Below are positions 55,338-64,000 of a stretch of DNA of 64,000 nucleotides, piece by piece (position 1 is the first letter of the stretch; each line of letters starts with the position of its first letter). The DNA is from an uncultured Gammaproteobacteria bacterium. Lineage in GTDB: Bacteria > Patescibacteriota > Microgenomatia > Woykebacterales > RBG-16-39-9b. A program made the translations under genes and the position numbers. The notes under the pieces were generated by a model. That model saw only the letters and a program-made list of their open reading frames with translations. It was not told the origin of the DNA and did no database searches. The stretch spans positions 15,172-79,171 of the forward strand of contig CAYIWY010000008.1 of the NCBI GenBank assembly GCA_964367355.1, written 5' to 3'.

Positions 55338-56587
55338 TAGATGTTAAACAAATTCGGGAAAACAAAAAAGAAGTTGAGAAAGAGCTAGCTAAAAAAGCAT
55401 TTGATTTCAACCTTGACCATTTTTTGAAAATCGATGAAACCCGCACCAAATTAATTCGGGAAGTTGATGAACTTAGGACACTACGCAACGTTGCAGCCGA
55501 GGAGCGCAATATCGAAAGAGGAAGGGAAATCAAAGCGAAGCTTGAAAAACTTGAACCAGCCCTTGCGGCAATCGAAGAAGAGTATACAAATGAATATTTC
55601 AAAATTCCCAACCCCCCACTGTCCGACGTTCCGGTTGGCGATGAAACCAAAAACGAAATCTTGCATAAAGTCGGCGAACCAAAAAAAATTGATTTTAAAC
55701 CAAAAAACCATTTGGAGATTGGGGAGGGTTTAGATCTTATTGACACTGTTCGTGCCTCTAAGGTATCGGGAACGAGATTTGCTTATCTCAAGGGGGATGC
55801 TGTTTTACTTGAACTGGCAATTATTCAATTTGCAATGAATAAACTTGTTAAAACTGGGTTTACTCCAATTTTTCCGCCAGCACTGATCAAGCAGGAAATT
55901 ACAAAAGGTTTGGGATACTGGCAAGTTGGGGCCAACGAGAACTATTATTCTGTTCGTGATTATGCGATGGAGGGTGAGACTAAAGACACTGACCTTTATT
56001 TAGTTGGCACAGGTGAACATAGTGTTGTACCAATGCACTCAGGTGAAGTTTTTAAGGAAAGCGAATTACCCAAGAAATATGTTGCTTTTTCATCCTGTTT
56101 TCGTCGTGAATCAGGCTCTTACGGAAAAGATACCCACGGAATATTACGGGTTCACCAATTCGATAAAATCGAAATGATCTCTTTTGTAAAACCAGAAGAC
56201 GATGAAAAAGAACGACATTCGATGTTAAAAATAGTTGAAGAAATGATGAAAGAGTTAGATTTACCCTACCAAGTTGTCAAACTGGCATCTGAAGATTTAG
56301 GTTTTCCATCAGCTGAAACTATTGATATCGAAACCTGGTTGCCTTCAGAAGAAAAATACCGCGAAACACATTCGATCTCTACTACAACCAATTTCCAAGC
56401 CAAAAGGTTGAATATCAAATACCAAGACGGCGATAAAAAGAATTATGTCCATATTTTAAACGGAACAGCCTTTGCAATTGGTAGAATTATCATTGCTATT
56501 TTGGAAAATTATCAAAAAGAAGACGGTACTGTCGATGTACCGGAAGCACTGCGTGAATATCTTCACAAAGACACTCTTTCAAGGTAA
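55334..56587 (+). CDS. serS: serine--tRNA ligase
   Basis: coiled-coil arm, CFRRESG, GILRVHQFDKIE, LNGT..AIGR, LENYQ. Confidence 0.96.
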   Translation: MIDVKQIRENKKEVEKELAKKAFDFNLDHFLKIDETRTKLIREVDELRTLRNVAAEERNIERGREIKAKLEKLEPALAAIEEEYTNEYFKIPNPPLSDVPVGDETKNEILHKVGEPKKIDFKPKNHLEIGEGLDLIDTVRASKVSGTRFAYLKGDAVLLELAIIQFAMNKLVKTGFTPIFPPALIKQEITKGLGYWQVGANENYYSVRDYAMEGETKDTDLYLVGTGEHSVVPMHSGEVFKESELPKKYVAFSSCFRRESGSYGKDTHGILRVHQFDKIEMISFVKPEDDEKERHSMLKIVEEMMKELDLPYQVVKLASEDLGFPSAETIDIETWLPSEEKYRETHSISTTTNFQAKRLNIKYQDGDKKNYVHILNGTAFAIGRIIIAILENYQKEDGTVDVPEALREYLHKDTLSR

Positions 56588-57197
56588 AAGTGAACATAAC
56601 GGTGATGTTAAAGTCGTTGACAGTTTTGGGGAACGACGCTTGGTGGCTGATGGTTATACACAATCGCGTAGTTTGAACAAAGATGGTTTGACTGGGTCAT
56701 ATTGGGATGGTTTTGTGAATCCGATGATTAAACTCGACAAAGATAGTCGAGTTTTGATTTTAGGGTTAGCTGGAGGAACGATAGCAAAAATGTTGACCAA
56801 ACGCTTTGGTTTGATAACTATTGATGGAGTGGATATCGACCCAATGATGGTTGAGCTTGGGAAAAAATACTTGGATTTCAACGAGAAGAACGTCAATATA
56901 ATTATCGCTGATGCCCCAAATTTTTTAAAAGACGCGCGTTACAAGTATGATCTAGTTTGTGTTGACCTTTTTTCTCATGGTGATGTGGCCGTCGGAACCG
57001 AGTCAAAAGTTTTTTTTGAGAATATTCAAAAAATATTGAATAAAAACGCCGTCGTTGTTATCAATAAACTTTTTACTAGCAATGACGAATTGAAAAAACA
57101 TGTCGATTTCTTGCACGAAATTTTTAATAAAACGGAAATACTTTTGGTACGTGGCTCGATCCAGACTGATAACGTCATCATTTACGCAAGTACCTAG
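56553..57197 (+). CDS. SAM-dependent methyltransferase / spermidine-synthase-like
   Basis: TQS, VLILGLAGG, VDIDP, DA, YDLVCVD; GTG start inside the serS end. Confidence 0.8.
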   Translation: MNIFTKTLFQGKSEHNGDVKVVDSFGERRLVADGYTQSRSLNKDGLTGSYWDGFVNPMIKLDKDSRVLILGLAGGTIAKMLTKRFGLITIDGVDIDPMMVELGKKYLDFNEKNVNIIIADAPNFLKDARYKYDLVCVDLFSHGDVAVGTESKVFFENIQKILNKNAVVVINKLFTSNDELKKHVDFLHEIFNKTEILLVRGSIQTDNVIIYAST

Positions 57198-57219
57198 ATT
57201 TGGCGAGAAGATTAATGAA

Positions 57220-57870
57220 ATGCCTTTATTTAAAAAAATACTCTTCGAGGGAGATTCCGAATTTAATGGAAAAGTACAAGTTGTCGATCGGTTTGGAGTC
57301 CGACGCTTAATTGCTTCAAAATTTACGCAGTCAAGAAGTTTGGATAAACTTGGACACTCGGAAGTTTATTGGGATAGTTTCCTTGCTTTTACATCTGCGC
57401 TTCCTGATACGGCTTCGATATTAATTCTTGGTTTGGGAGCAGGAACCAGCGCAAAAATGCTAAGAAAAAGATTTCCCAGAGCTCGGATAATTGGTGTTGA
57501 AATCGACCCAATGATCATTAGTATTGGCAAAAAATATTTTGACTTGGATAAGATTGATATAGAAATAAGCATTGAAAATGCTAAAGACTTTGTCGAACAA
57601 ACAGAAAGAAAATTCGACTTAATTTACCTTGACGTTTTTGTTGGTGGTGTTGCTCCAAGTTTTGTTTCTGATTCTACTTTTTTCAATCAATTGCAAAATA
57701 TCCTTAAGAAGAATGGGGAGTTAATTGTTAATAGTATCTACCGGAAAAAAGCAGACGCTGACAATTACGAGGCTTTTTTTAAACAACACTTTGATCTAAA
57801 GGACAAAATATTATCTTCAAAATCGTATAAACTTGGTAATTTGATTTTGAAGGGGGTTAACTATGGATGA
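57220..57870 (+). CDS. SAM-dependent methyltransferase / spermidine-synthase-like (tandem paralog)
   Basis: TQS, ILILGLGAG, VEIDP, FDLIYLD. Confidence 0.8.
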   Translation: MPLFKKILFEGDSEFNGKVQVVDRFGVRRLIASKFTQSRSLDKLGHSEVYWDSFLAFTSALPDTASILILGLGAGTSAKMLRKRFPRARIIGVEIDPMIISIGKKYFDLDKIDIEISIENAKDFVEQTERKFDLIYLDVFVGGVAPSFVSDSTFFNQLQNILKKNGELIVNSIYRKKADADNYEAFFKQHFDLKDKILSSKSYKLGNLILKGVNYG

Positions 57871-58693
57871 AATTTTTCAGGCGATAATTTTAGGAATTGT
57901 TCAGGGAGCGAGTGAATTTTTACCGATCTCTTCTTCAGGACATTTGATTTTGGTCCCTTATATTTTTAACTGGCATGGGATAGTTGATAGTCTTAGTTTT
58001 GATGTAGCTTTGCATATTGGTACAACAGTAGCGGTAATTGCCTATTTTTGGAAGGATTGGGTCGAACTAATAACAGCTTTTTTTAAAGCCTTACCCAGGG
58101 GTTTGTCTGGAATTCTCTCGGATTTTAAAGCTAAATTTTTCTTAATTTTGATAATTGGGTCAGTTCCAGCAGCCCTAATCGGTTTTGTTTTTCAAGATTT
58201 TATTGAGAAAAATGTCCGCCAGCCGTTGTTAGTTGCAGGTTTTTTGATTGGTTTTTCTTTAGTGCTTTTTCTAGCGGATCGAGTTGGCAAAGGAAATCGG
58301 GATCAAAAGAAAGTTGGGTTTATTGACGGTCTAATTGTCGGACTGGCCCAAAGTGTCTCTTTGCTACCTGGGGTATCACGAAGTGGTATTACTATCACCT
58401 CAGGTTTATTTCGGAATATGGATCGGGAAACGGCGACCAGATTTTCTTTTCTACTTTCCACCCCAATTATTGTCGGAGCTGGAGCTTTGAAGCTAAAAGA
58501 TATCTTTCAAGGATCAGTTGCAGCTGGTTCACAAGCAGTTTTTTTGACTGGGTTTATCGCAGCGGCAATTTCTGGTTGGTTTGCAATCAAATTTTTACTA
58601 AAATTTGTCCAAACAAATAATTTTACTGTTTTTGTAATTTACCGGTTGTTAGTGGGGTTTGCGATTATTGCGTTTGTGTTTTTTAAGGGTTAG
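57863..58693 (+). CDS. uppP: undecaprenyl-diphosphatase
   Basis: QG.SEFLPISSSGH, PGVSRSG, FSFLL. Confidence 0.95.
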   Translation: MDEIFQAIILGIVQGASEFLPISSSGHLILVPYIFNWHGIVDSLSFDVALHIGTTVAVIAYFWKDWVELITAFFKALPRGLSGILSDFKAKFFLILIIGSVPAALIGFVFQDFIEKNVRQPLLVAGFLIGFSLVLFLADRVGKGNRDQKKVGFIDGLIVGLAQSVSLLPGVSRSGITITSGLFRNMDRETATRFSFLLSTPIIVGAGALKLKDIFQGSVAAGSQAVFLTGFIAAAISGWFAIKFLLKFVQTNNFTVFVIYRLLVGFAIIAFVFFKG

Positions 58694-58729
58694 CTGTGTG
58701 AAATTCACTATGAATGAAGAAATAGATTT

Positions 58730-58809
58730 CCACAGCCTAAAGGCCGTGGTACTCTGATCTTCGCTCAAAATTCGCTTCATCGGCGACTTGAAACTCGCGG
58801 TTTTTTCGC
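58730..58809. mobile_element. IS200/IS605-type subterminal hairpin remnants (non-autonomous)
   Basis: CCACAGCC-TAAA-GGCCGTGG and TTCATCGGCGACTTGAAACTCGCGGTTTT; no transposase nearby. Confidence 0.45.
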
Positions 58810-59136
58810 TAAGAATAGCGCACAAACATTTTTTAAAACTCTGTCTTTAGATTTTTTGGTTAATTGGCCAACAGTATTTTTAATAATACTAGCATCTGCT
58901 GTAAATAGTTTATCTGGACGAACATAGCTGACAACTGGTAGACCGCCTTTTGCAAAGTCCTCTGCCTTTAGACTTATTGCCTTTGTGCTTGTATATGACT
59001 TTGAGGTAATTTGGCATAAAATAATATTATCAAATTCAACATTTGCTAATACTAACGCCGGTCGTAGTTTTTGGCCTTTTAAATTGGAAAATGGAAATAA
59101 AACTAAAACAACTGTTCCTACTGTAAACTTGCCCAT
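58777..59136 (-). CDS. MazF/PemK-family toxin
   Basis: GTVVLV.FPFS...K.RPALV, QITS, SYVRPDKLFT. Confidence 0.88.
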   Translation of the reverse strand: MGKFTVGTVVLVLFPFSNLKGQKLRPALVLANVEFDNIILCQITSKSYTSTKAISLKAEDFAKGGLPVVSYVRPDKLFTADASIIKNTVGQLTKKSKDRVLKNVCALFLAKKPRVSSRR

Positions 59137-59357
59137 GCTTTATCCTCTTCTGGACGGTTCCAATCAGTAGCAAGTGTTTTCTCGGATAATAGTTGCGTTT
59201 CTGTTACTTTGTTACTTTTTACTACGGCTGCAATAATTCGAATTTCCCCTTTTTTTACTTTTAGCTCAACCTGATCACCAAGTCCGCTTTCATTAAGAAG
59301 TGGTTTCGGAATACGTATTCCGCGGGAATTGCCTATTTCAATTAGTTTAGTTATCAT
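59118..59357 (-). CDS. AbrB/MazE-family antitoxin
   Basis: IGNSRGIRIPK; C-terminal DW.RPEED.AW. Confidence 0.88.
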   Translation of the reverse strand: MITKLIEIGNSRGIRIPKPLLNESGLGDQVELKVKKGEIRIIAAVVKSNKVTETQLLSEKTLATDWNRPEEDKAWASLQ

Positions 59358-59425
59358 GGTAACTACATTGTAGACACATGTAAAAGGTTTGTCAAACAAT
59401 AAATGAGTTTTTCCAACACATTTTC

Positions 59426-59704
59426 CTAATTGTAAATAGGATCGATTGGTTTCAACTCTTTTCCGAAGGCGAAATTGAGGGCTCCAGCAACAGCGATTCC
59501 GACCCGAATACCGGTGTAAGATCCGGGACCAGGGTTGGCCGTAAACTCGTCGATATCCTCAAGCCGTAGCCCGGCTTTTTCCAGACATTGATTGATCGAA
59601 ACCAAAGGAGACTCGTTTTCATTCTCACACGATAATTCTGAGTTCTTGGTGATCGTCACTTTAGCTTTTTTCGCTGTTGTTGTGTCGAGAAATAGTTTAA
59701 CCAT
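59426..59704 (-). CDS. tsaB: short TsaB-like protein (N-terminal half only)
   Basis: LFLDT, GPGSYTGIRVG, PIY. Confidence 0.78.
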   Translation of the reverse strand: MVKLFLDTTTAKKAKVTITKNSELSCENENESPLVSINQCLEKAGLRLEDIDEFTANPGPGSYTGIRVGIAVAGALNFAFGKELKPIDPIYN

Positions 59705-61958
59705 TTTTTACAACACTTACCGTTGCTTCTTTCGCCATTGACGATGTTACTTGTGGTACGGAAGCGGGTGTATCGTTGATCAAAGCGGCTTTGTTCATCT
59801 TGTCGAGCTCCTCTTTTTTAAATTCTTTCAGAGTGAAGTTGAAAGTTGTCCCTTTGCCCAGTTCACTTTCGACCCAGACTTTGCCGCCATGCATCTCGAT
59901 ATAGTTTTTGGTGATATAAAGTCCCAAGCCGGTTCCCCCAGTGGTCTTGGCGGCGGTATATGAGTGCTCGACGCGGCCAAATTTCTCAAACAAGTGGGCA
60001 GCGTCTTCTTTGGACAAACCTACTCCGGTGTCAGTGACCCCAACCTCGACAATACCGGCGACTTTAGAAGTTTTCGCTAAAATAGTGATCTTGCCTTTGT
60101 CGGGAGTAAATTTTAGAGCGTTGCCGACAAGATTTTGCAAAACTTCAGCCAGTTTTTGTTTGTCAGCGATGATATGGGGGACTTTGCCTTCAATCTTGTA
60201 GGTAAGTGCGATACTTTTTTCAGTTGACTTCGAAGCTAGCTCAGCGATGACTTGATCAGCGATTTCTTTAAAGTCGATTTCCTGGAAAACCATCTGCATT
60301 CGGCCAGCTTTGATTCTGGAGACGTTGAGCAGGTCGTTGATCAGAGAAATCATTCGTTCAGAACTGGCATAAGAAATATCCAGATAACGTTTCAAGGCTG
60401 GATTATCAATTTTTCCGGCACGGTCATTGAGTGCCATCCAGAGATAGCCTTTGATTGCGGTCATTGGGGTACGCAAATCGTGAGATGCGATCGAGAGAAA
60501 CTCGTCTTTGAGTTTGTCGAGGTCTTTGAGCTGTTCGTTGGCATCTCGTAGTTCGCGGGTTGCTCGGTCAACTTGTTCTTTCAAGGTAATGTTGAACCGG
60601 CGGATTTTTTCAACACTCTTGGCGTTTTCAAAGGAAATAGCAGCTTCGGGTGAGAAAATTTCCAAGACTTTAATATCTTTTTGAGAATAAATTTCGCCGC
60701 TAGCTTTTTCACCGAGTAAAAGTACCCCAACATGATCGATTTGGGTTTTTAGAGGTATAACTACGGTGACATCAAGCTTACGCATCAGTTCTTTAGCTGG
60801 TCCTTCCTCAATATCTTCGAAAACCAGATTTTTATCCAAAGCCTGAATGGAAAAAACATCTTTTTCAGAAAATTTTGGTTCTTCCTTATAGCCCTGAGTT
60901 TCAGAAACGAAAATCTTGCCGCCATCTGTAAGAACAAAGGCGCCACGGGTAATGCGGATTTCCTCGATAAGTTTTTTGAGGAGTTGATGGGCGATATCAT
61001 CAATTAAAATTGTCTCCGCCATTACTTTAGTCAGATTTCCGAGTAGGAGGTTGGAGTCATAATCTTGTTTGAAAAATATTCTATCAGTCGATTTCTCCAA
61101 AAACTTTCGGAGTGGTTGGAAGGTAAAGCCAATAATAATAGTTAAGACACTAAAGATAATCAGCTGTTGAAAGCTGGTCTGACTCTTTAACAAAAAAGTA
61201 GTAATTGCAACTGAAGCAAGAACATAGAAGATAAATAAAAAAGTTGCCAGCAAAACATAAGCAATTGTTCTAGCAACAACGACCCTTATATCTAAGAGCC
61301 TATGACGGACAATAGCATAGGTTGTCATTAATAAAAAAATTAATGTATAAAGTGGCGCCGCGGAAACAAAAGTAGTATTACGAAAGAGTAAGAGTGGCAC
61401 CATTATTGTAGCTATAATCAAACCAAGCATAACAACTACGCCAAACATAACAAATCTTATTTGTTCCTTTGATTTTCCTGTTAACTTGTGTAGCTTCTTG
61501 AATAAAATATAGAAACTCCCGAGGAAGAAAAATACAGTGGTCAGGGCGAAAGGTATAAGACCAGGACCAGGTACTGGGTTTGGTGAACCATTGATTATTT
61601 CTAAGCGGGTAAATGCAAAAGGAGAGATATTAACCGCCATAATGACAACAGTAAGGGCTACTGAGAGGTAAAACCACCGTTTTGGAAGCAATATTTTTGT
61701 AGAAGGTAGTGTATTCGAAAGTAAGAAGAGTAGCAAACCTACTGGGACTGCAAAGAAAATGCTCAATCTGATCCATAGTAAACTTTCCTGAACTAGGTTT
61801 GGCAACAGCGATATATAAGCTACAACTAACCAACCTGTTGTGACAATTGAAAGCAGGCTAAAAATCTTATTTGTAGAGCTTTTTGAGTTGTTTGCGAATA
61901 CAAAAATTGCTAGTAAAGTATTGGATACTATGACAAAAAGCAGAATAGATAGATTCAT
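59697..61958 (-). CDS. 7TM-GAF sensor histidine kinase
   Basis: 7+ TM, YAIVRHRL, GEKASG..Y...D, SHDLRTP, NALKF, GTGLGL. Confidence 0.9.
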   Translation of the reverse strand: MNLSILLFVIVSNTLLAIFVFANNSKSSTNKIFSLLSIVTTGWLVVAYISLLPNLVQESLLWIRLSIFFAVPVGLLLFLLSNTLPSTKILLPKRWFYLSVALTVVIMAVNISPFAFTRLEIINGSPNPVPGPGLIPFALTTVFFFLGSFYILFKKLHKLTGKSKEQIRFVMFGVVVMLGLIIATIMVPLLLFRNTTFVSAAPLYTLIFLLMTTYAIVRHRLLDIRVVVARTIAYVLLATFLFIFYVLASVAITTFLLKSQTSFQQLIIFSVLTIIIGFTFQPLRKFLEKSTDRIFFKQDYDSNLLLGNLTKVMAETILIDDIAHQLLKKLIEEIRITRGAFVLTDGGKIFVSETQGYKEEPKFSEKDVFSIQALDKNLVFEDIEEGPAKELMRKLDVTVVIPLKTQIDHVGVLLLGEKASGEIYSQKDIKVLEIFSPEAAISFENAKSVEKIRRFNITLKEQVDRATRELRDANEQLKDLDKLKDEFLSIASHDLRTPMTAIKGYLWMALNDRAGKIDNPALKRYLDISYASSERMISLINDLLNVSRIKAGRMQMVFQEIDFKEIADQVIAELASKSTEKSIALTYKIEGKVPHIIADKQKLAEVLQNLVGNALKFTPDKGKITILAKTSKVAGIVEVGVTDTGVGLSKEDAAHLFEKFGRVEHSYTAAKTTGGTGLGLYITKNYIEMHGGKVWVESELGKGTTFNFTLKEFKKEELDKMNKAALINDTPASVPQVTSSMAKEATVSVVKNG

Positions 61959-62028
61959 TTAAGTGAAGTTATTTAAATAGCTTGAACTAAAAGATTTATT
62001 TGATATAATTCTACCATAGAAAAAACGT

Positions 62029-63066
62029 ATGATACATAAATTTACTTTTCTGGAAAATATTCTTCTTCGTGCGGATGTTATACCCCACCCAATAATCGAC
62101 TCCTTAACTTACGTAATTGCTGGCAGAGTGCTTCAAGTTAGTATTAAATTAGGAATTTTTGAAACTCTTAAGAAAGAAAACCTAGCACTTAATCAAGTTG
62201 CCAAGAAAGTGGGAATAAGTGAGGAAGGGGCAAAAGTTCTTTTAGAGTGTTTAGAAGCATTGGGTTACTTGGAACAAATTAATGAGAAGTTTGGTATCAC
62301 CAAAAGAGGTAAAAGATTCCTGTTAGATGAGTCACCGTCAAGAATGAAAAATATAATTCTTTTTACTGATTATGTTTTCGATGCGCTAAATGATCTTGAA
62401 CAGACAGTAAAAGCTGGTGGGCCAAAAGATGTTAATCTTGATGTTTTTACAAAAGACCAATGGGAGGTTTTCAACAATGCGATGGAAGAGATTGGAAAAT
62501 CCAATATGAAGCAAGTAATTGGAATGATTCCATTCCCTAAGGATGCAAAGAAATTATTGGATATTGGAGGTTCTCACGGGCTCCACTCAATTGAGGCTTG
62601 TAATCGCTTACCTGGTTTATCAGCAACAATTTTAGATTTAAAATCTGTAGAAAAGTTAGCAAATGATGTTATTAAAAGATATAAGATGAATAATAAAGTA
62701 AATTATAAAGTCGGCAGTTTTTTCAATAAAAATGATATTGGTACGGGTTATGACGTTGTGTTTGCTTTTAATGTTATCCACGGTTTGAATTTAGATAAGA
62801 ACAAAAAATTAACAGAAGATATATATAACTCACTTAACAAAGGCGGGGTTTATGTCGTTATGGATCAAATAAAAGAAGCCAGAGGTAGTTCTCAACTCTC
62901 AAAATTAGTTGCTACAACCATGGGAGTAATGTTGTTTAACCAAGCCGGTGGAAGAACCTATTCTTATAATGAGGTTCATAAGTGGATGGTTGAGTCTGGG
63001 TTCAAATCTACAAAAATGAAAAAGATGAGAGATCCTGGAAGTGCCCTTATAATTGGGTTTAAGTAA
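62029..63066 (+). CDS. small-molecule O-methyltransferase (dimerisation + Methyltransf_2)
   Basis: LGIFE.L N-domain; LLDIGGSHG, ILDL, GSFF, NVIH. Confidence 0.88.
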   Translation: MIHKFTFLENILLRADVIPHPIIDSLTYVIAGRVLQVSIKLGIFETLKKENLALNQVAKKVGISEEGAKVLLECLEALGYLEQINEKFGITKRGKRFLLDESPSRMKNIILFTDYVFDALNDLEQTVKAGGPKDVNLDVFTKDQWEVFNNAMEEIGKSNMKQVIGMIPFPKDAKKLLDIGGSHGLHSIEACNRLPGLSATILDLKSVEKLANDVIKRYKMNNKVNYKVGSFFNKNDIGTGYDVVFAFNVIHGLNLDKNKKLTEDIYNSLNKGGVYVVMDQIKEARGSSQLSKLVATTMGVMLFNQAGGRTYSYNEVHKWMVESGFKSTKMKKMRDPGSALIIGFK

Positions 63067-63067
63067 A

Positions 63068-64000
63068 CTAAGATAACAGGTCTTCCAAAAATCTCCTAGG
63101 GGAGTGCTCGGCCACTTTTGTTGAGTATCCAAGTCTCAGAAAAAATTGAGGCCTTAAACTGGTTTTTAAAACATCCATTGTTTCTTTATATAAATCTCCA
63201 GCCTCAATTATTTGAGCAAGAGGTGTCATCGATATACCTTTTTCTGTTGCTAATACCCAGATCTCTTCCAGGACTTTACCCACTTTCACCCAAGTTTCTT
63301 GATCATGGGTTTTAGATAAAATAAAGAAGTAGTACGGGGTTGTTAAAAGCAATTTTTGATTTTTATTTGCTTGAGTTTTTGCGAAGTTTGTGTTTTTAAT
63401 GGCAAAATTTGCGAGTAACGAAGGTATTAGCGGTATCCCGACTGTAAATGCTGGCATTCCGTCGGGTTTCCTAGTTATATTATTCCTGATCCATTGGAGG
63501 TGTTCTTCTTTGAACTTGTTGTTGTTCCACAAAGTATAATCACCTTTTTCAACAATTTTATTAATTCTTGATTTTACTTCTTTGTCAGTAATAATAAGCG
63601 GTTCAAGATCTTGATTTTTGGCAACCTTTTGTATATCTTCCAAAAAAATTGCTGGTAATTTCTTAGTTGGTATATAAGGGTACCTATTACTTATCCTTTG
63701 GCAAACGTGTTTTGGGTCGATCTTTCTTGCTATTGAACCTTCTTGTACAATTGAAATTTCAAATTCTAAGTCACCTCTAATTTTTAAAGTTTTTTGACAC
63801 ACTCTGTAACCAAACCAATTAGCTGCAATCTCAAGATTTTTTAATAAACAACCAATTGCGATATATAGTAATCTATTATCTTTGTCTGATGTTGCTAATC
63901 TTCTAGAATAATCAGGTTGTATGTATATCTTATCTTTTGTAATCTTAAATTTCCAAGGCTGAACATTAAAACTGGAAGGAGCTAGCAAGGCATACCCTAG
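63068..64000 (-). CDS. Acg/nitroreductase-family protein (5' end outside the window)
   Basis: APSSFNVQPW, R.SNR, LRLGY..SPRR. Confidence 0.82.
   Translation of the reverse strand, partial: LGYALLAPSSFNVQPWKFKITKDKIYIQPDYSRRLATSDKDNRLLYIAIGCLLKNLEIAANWFGYRVCQKTLKIRGDLEFEISIVQEGSIARKIDPKHVCQRISNRYPYIPTKKLPAIFLEDIQKVAKNQDLEPLIITDKEVKSRINKIVEKGDYTLWNNNKFKEEHLQWIRNNITRKPDGMPAFTVGIPLIPSLLANFAIKNTNFAKTQANKNQKLLLTTPYYFFILSKTHDQETWVKVGKVLEEIWVLATEKGISMTPLAQIIEAGDLYKETMDVLKTSLRPQFFLRLGYSTKVAEHSPRRFLEDLLS

Noticed and set aside
236-63315. Numerous short overlapping or antisense ORFs in the six-frame track
   Set aside because: They lie within well-supported genes and have no motifs or initiation signals.

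Overview
AT-rich, gene-dense bacterial chromosome segment. The gene content suggests a Patescibacteria/CPR, Microgenomates-like genome (inference from short AspRS without the GAD insert, class I LysRS, split transketolase, half-length TsaB and many orphan histidine kinases). Housekeeping genes include recJ, aspS, gltX, a gap-rpiB-rpe-tkt-fba-pfkB carbon operon, trxB, nrdR-nrdJ, dsbA/dsbB, uppS, uppP, greA, lysS(I), serS and tRNA-Glu. The most striking unexplained structure is a family of 'relic gene-start' scars, often carrying short GC-rich palindromes. Between tktN and tktC lie three membrane-protein cassettes whose junctions are hybrids of the tktC 5' end, hairpins and the tktN 3' end; one junction is an intact 44-aa chimeric mini-ORF coupled to the next cassette. 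Similar relic 5' ends precede aspS, fba, grx and possibly the ECF gene. A small GIY-YIG nuclease gene sits between a relic tRNA-Glu 5' part and the intact tRNA. Together these suggest an integrase-free, palindrome-associated gene-capture / 5'-end-replacement system (inference). Also notable is a cobalamin-riboswitch-led, transcobalamin-like B12-scavenging operon (LPxTG-anchored protein, Tat-like lipoprotein, DUF4430 protein, ECF S-component) next to B12-dependent NrdJ. No CRISPR array or rRNA was seen. All family calls come from motif recognition by eye; no database search was run.
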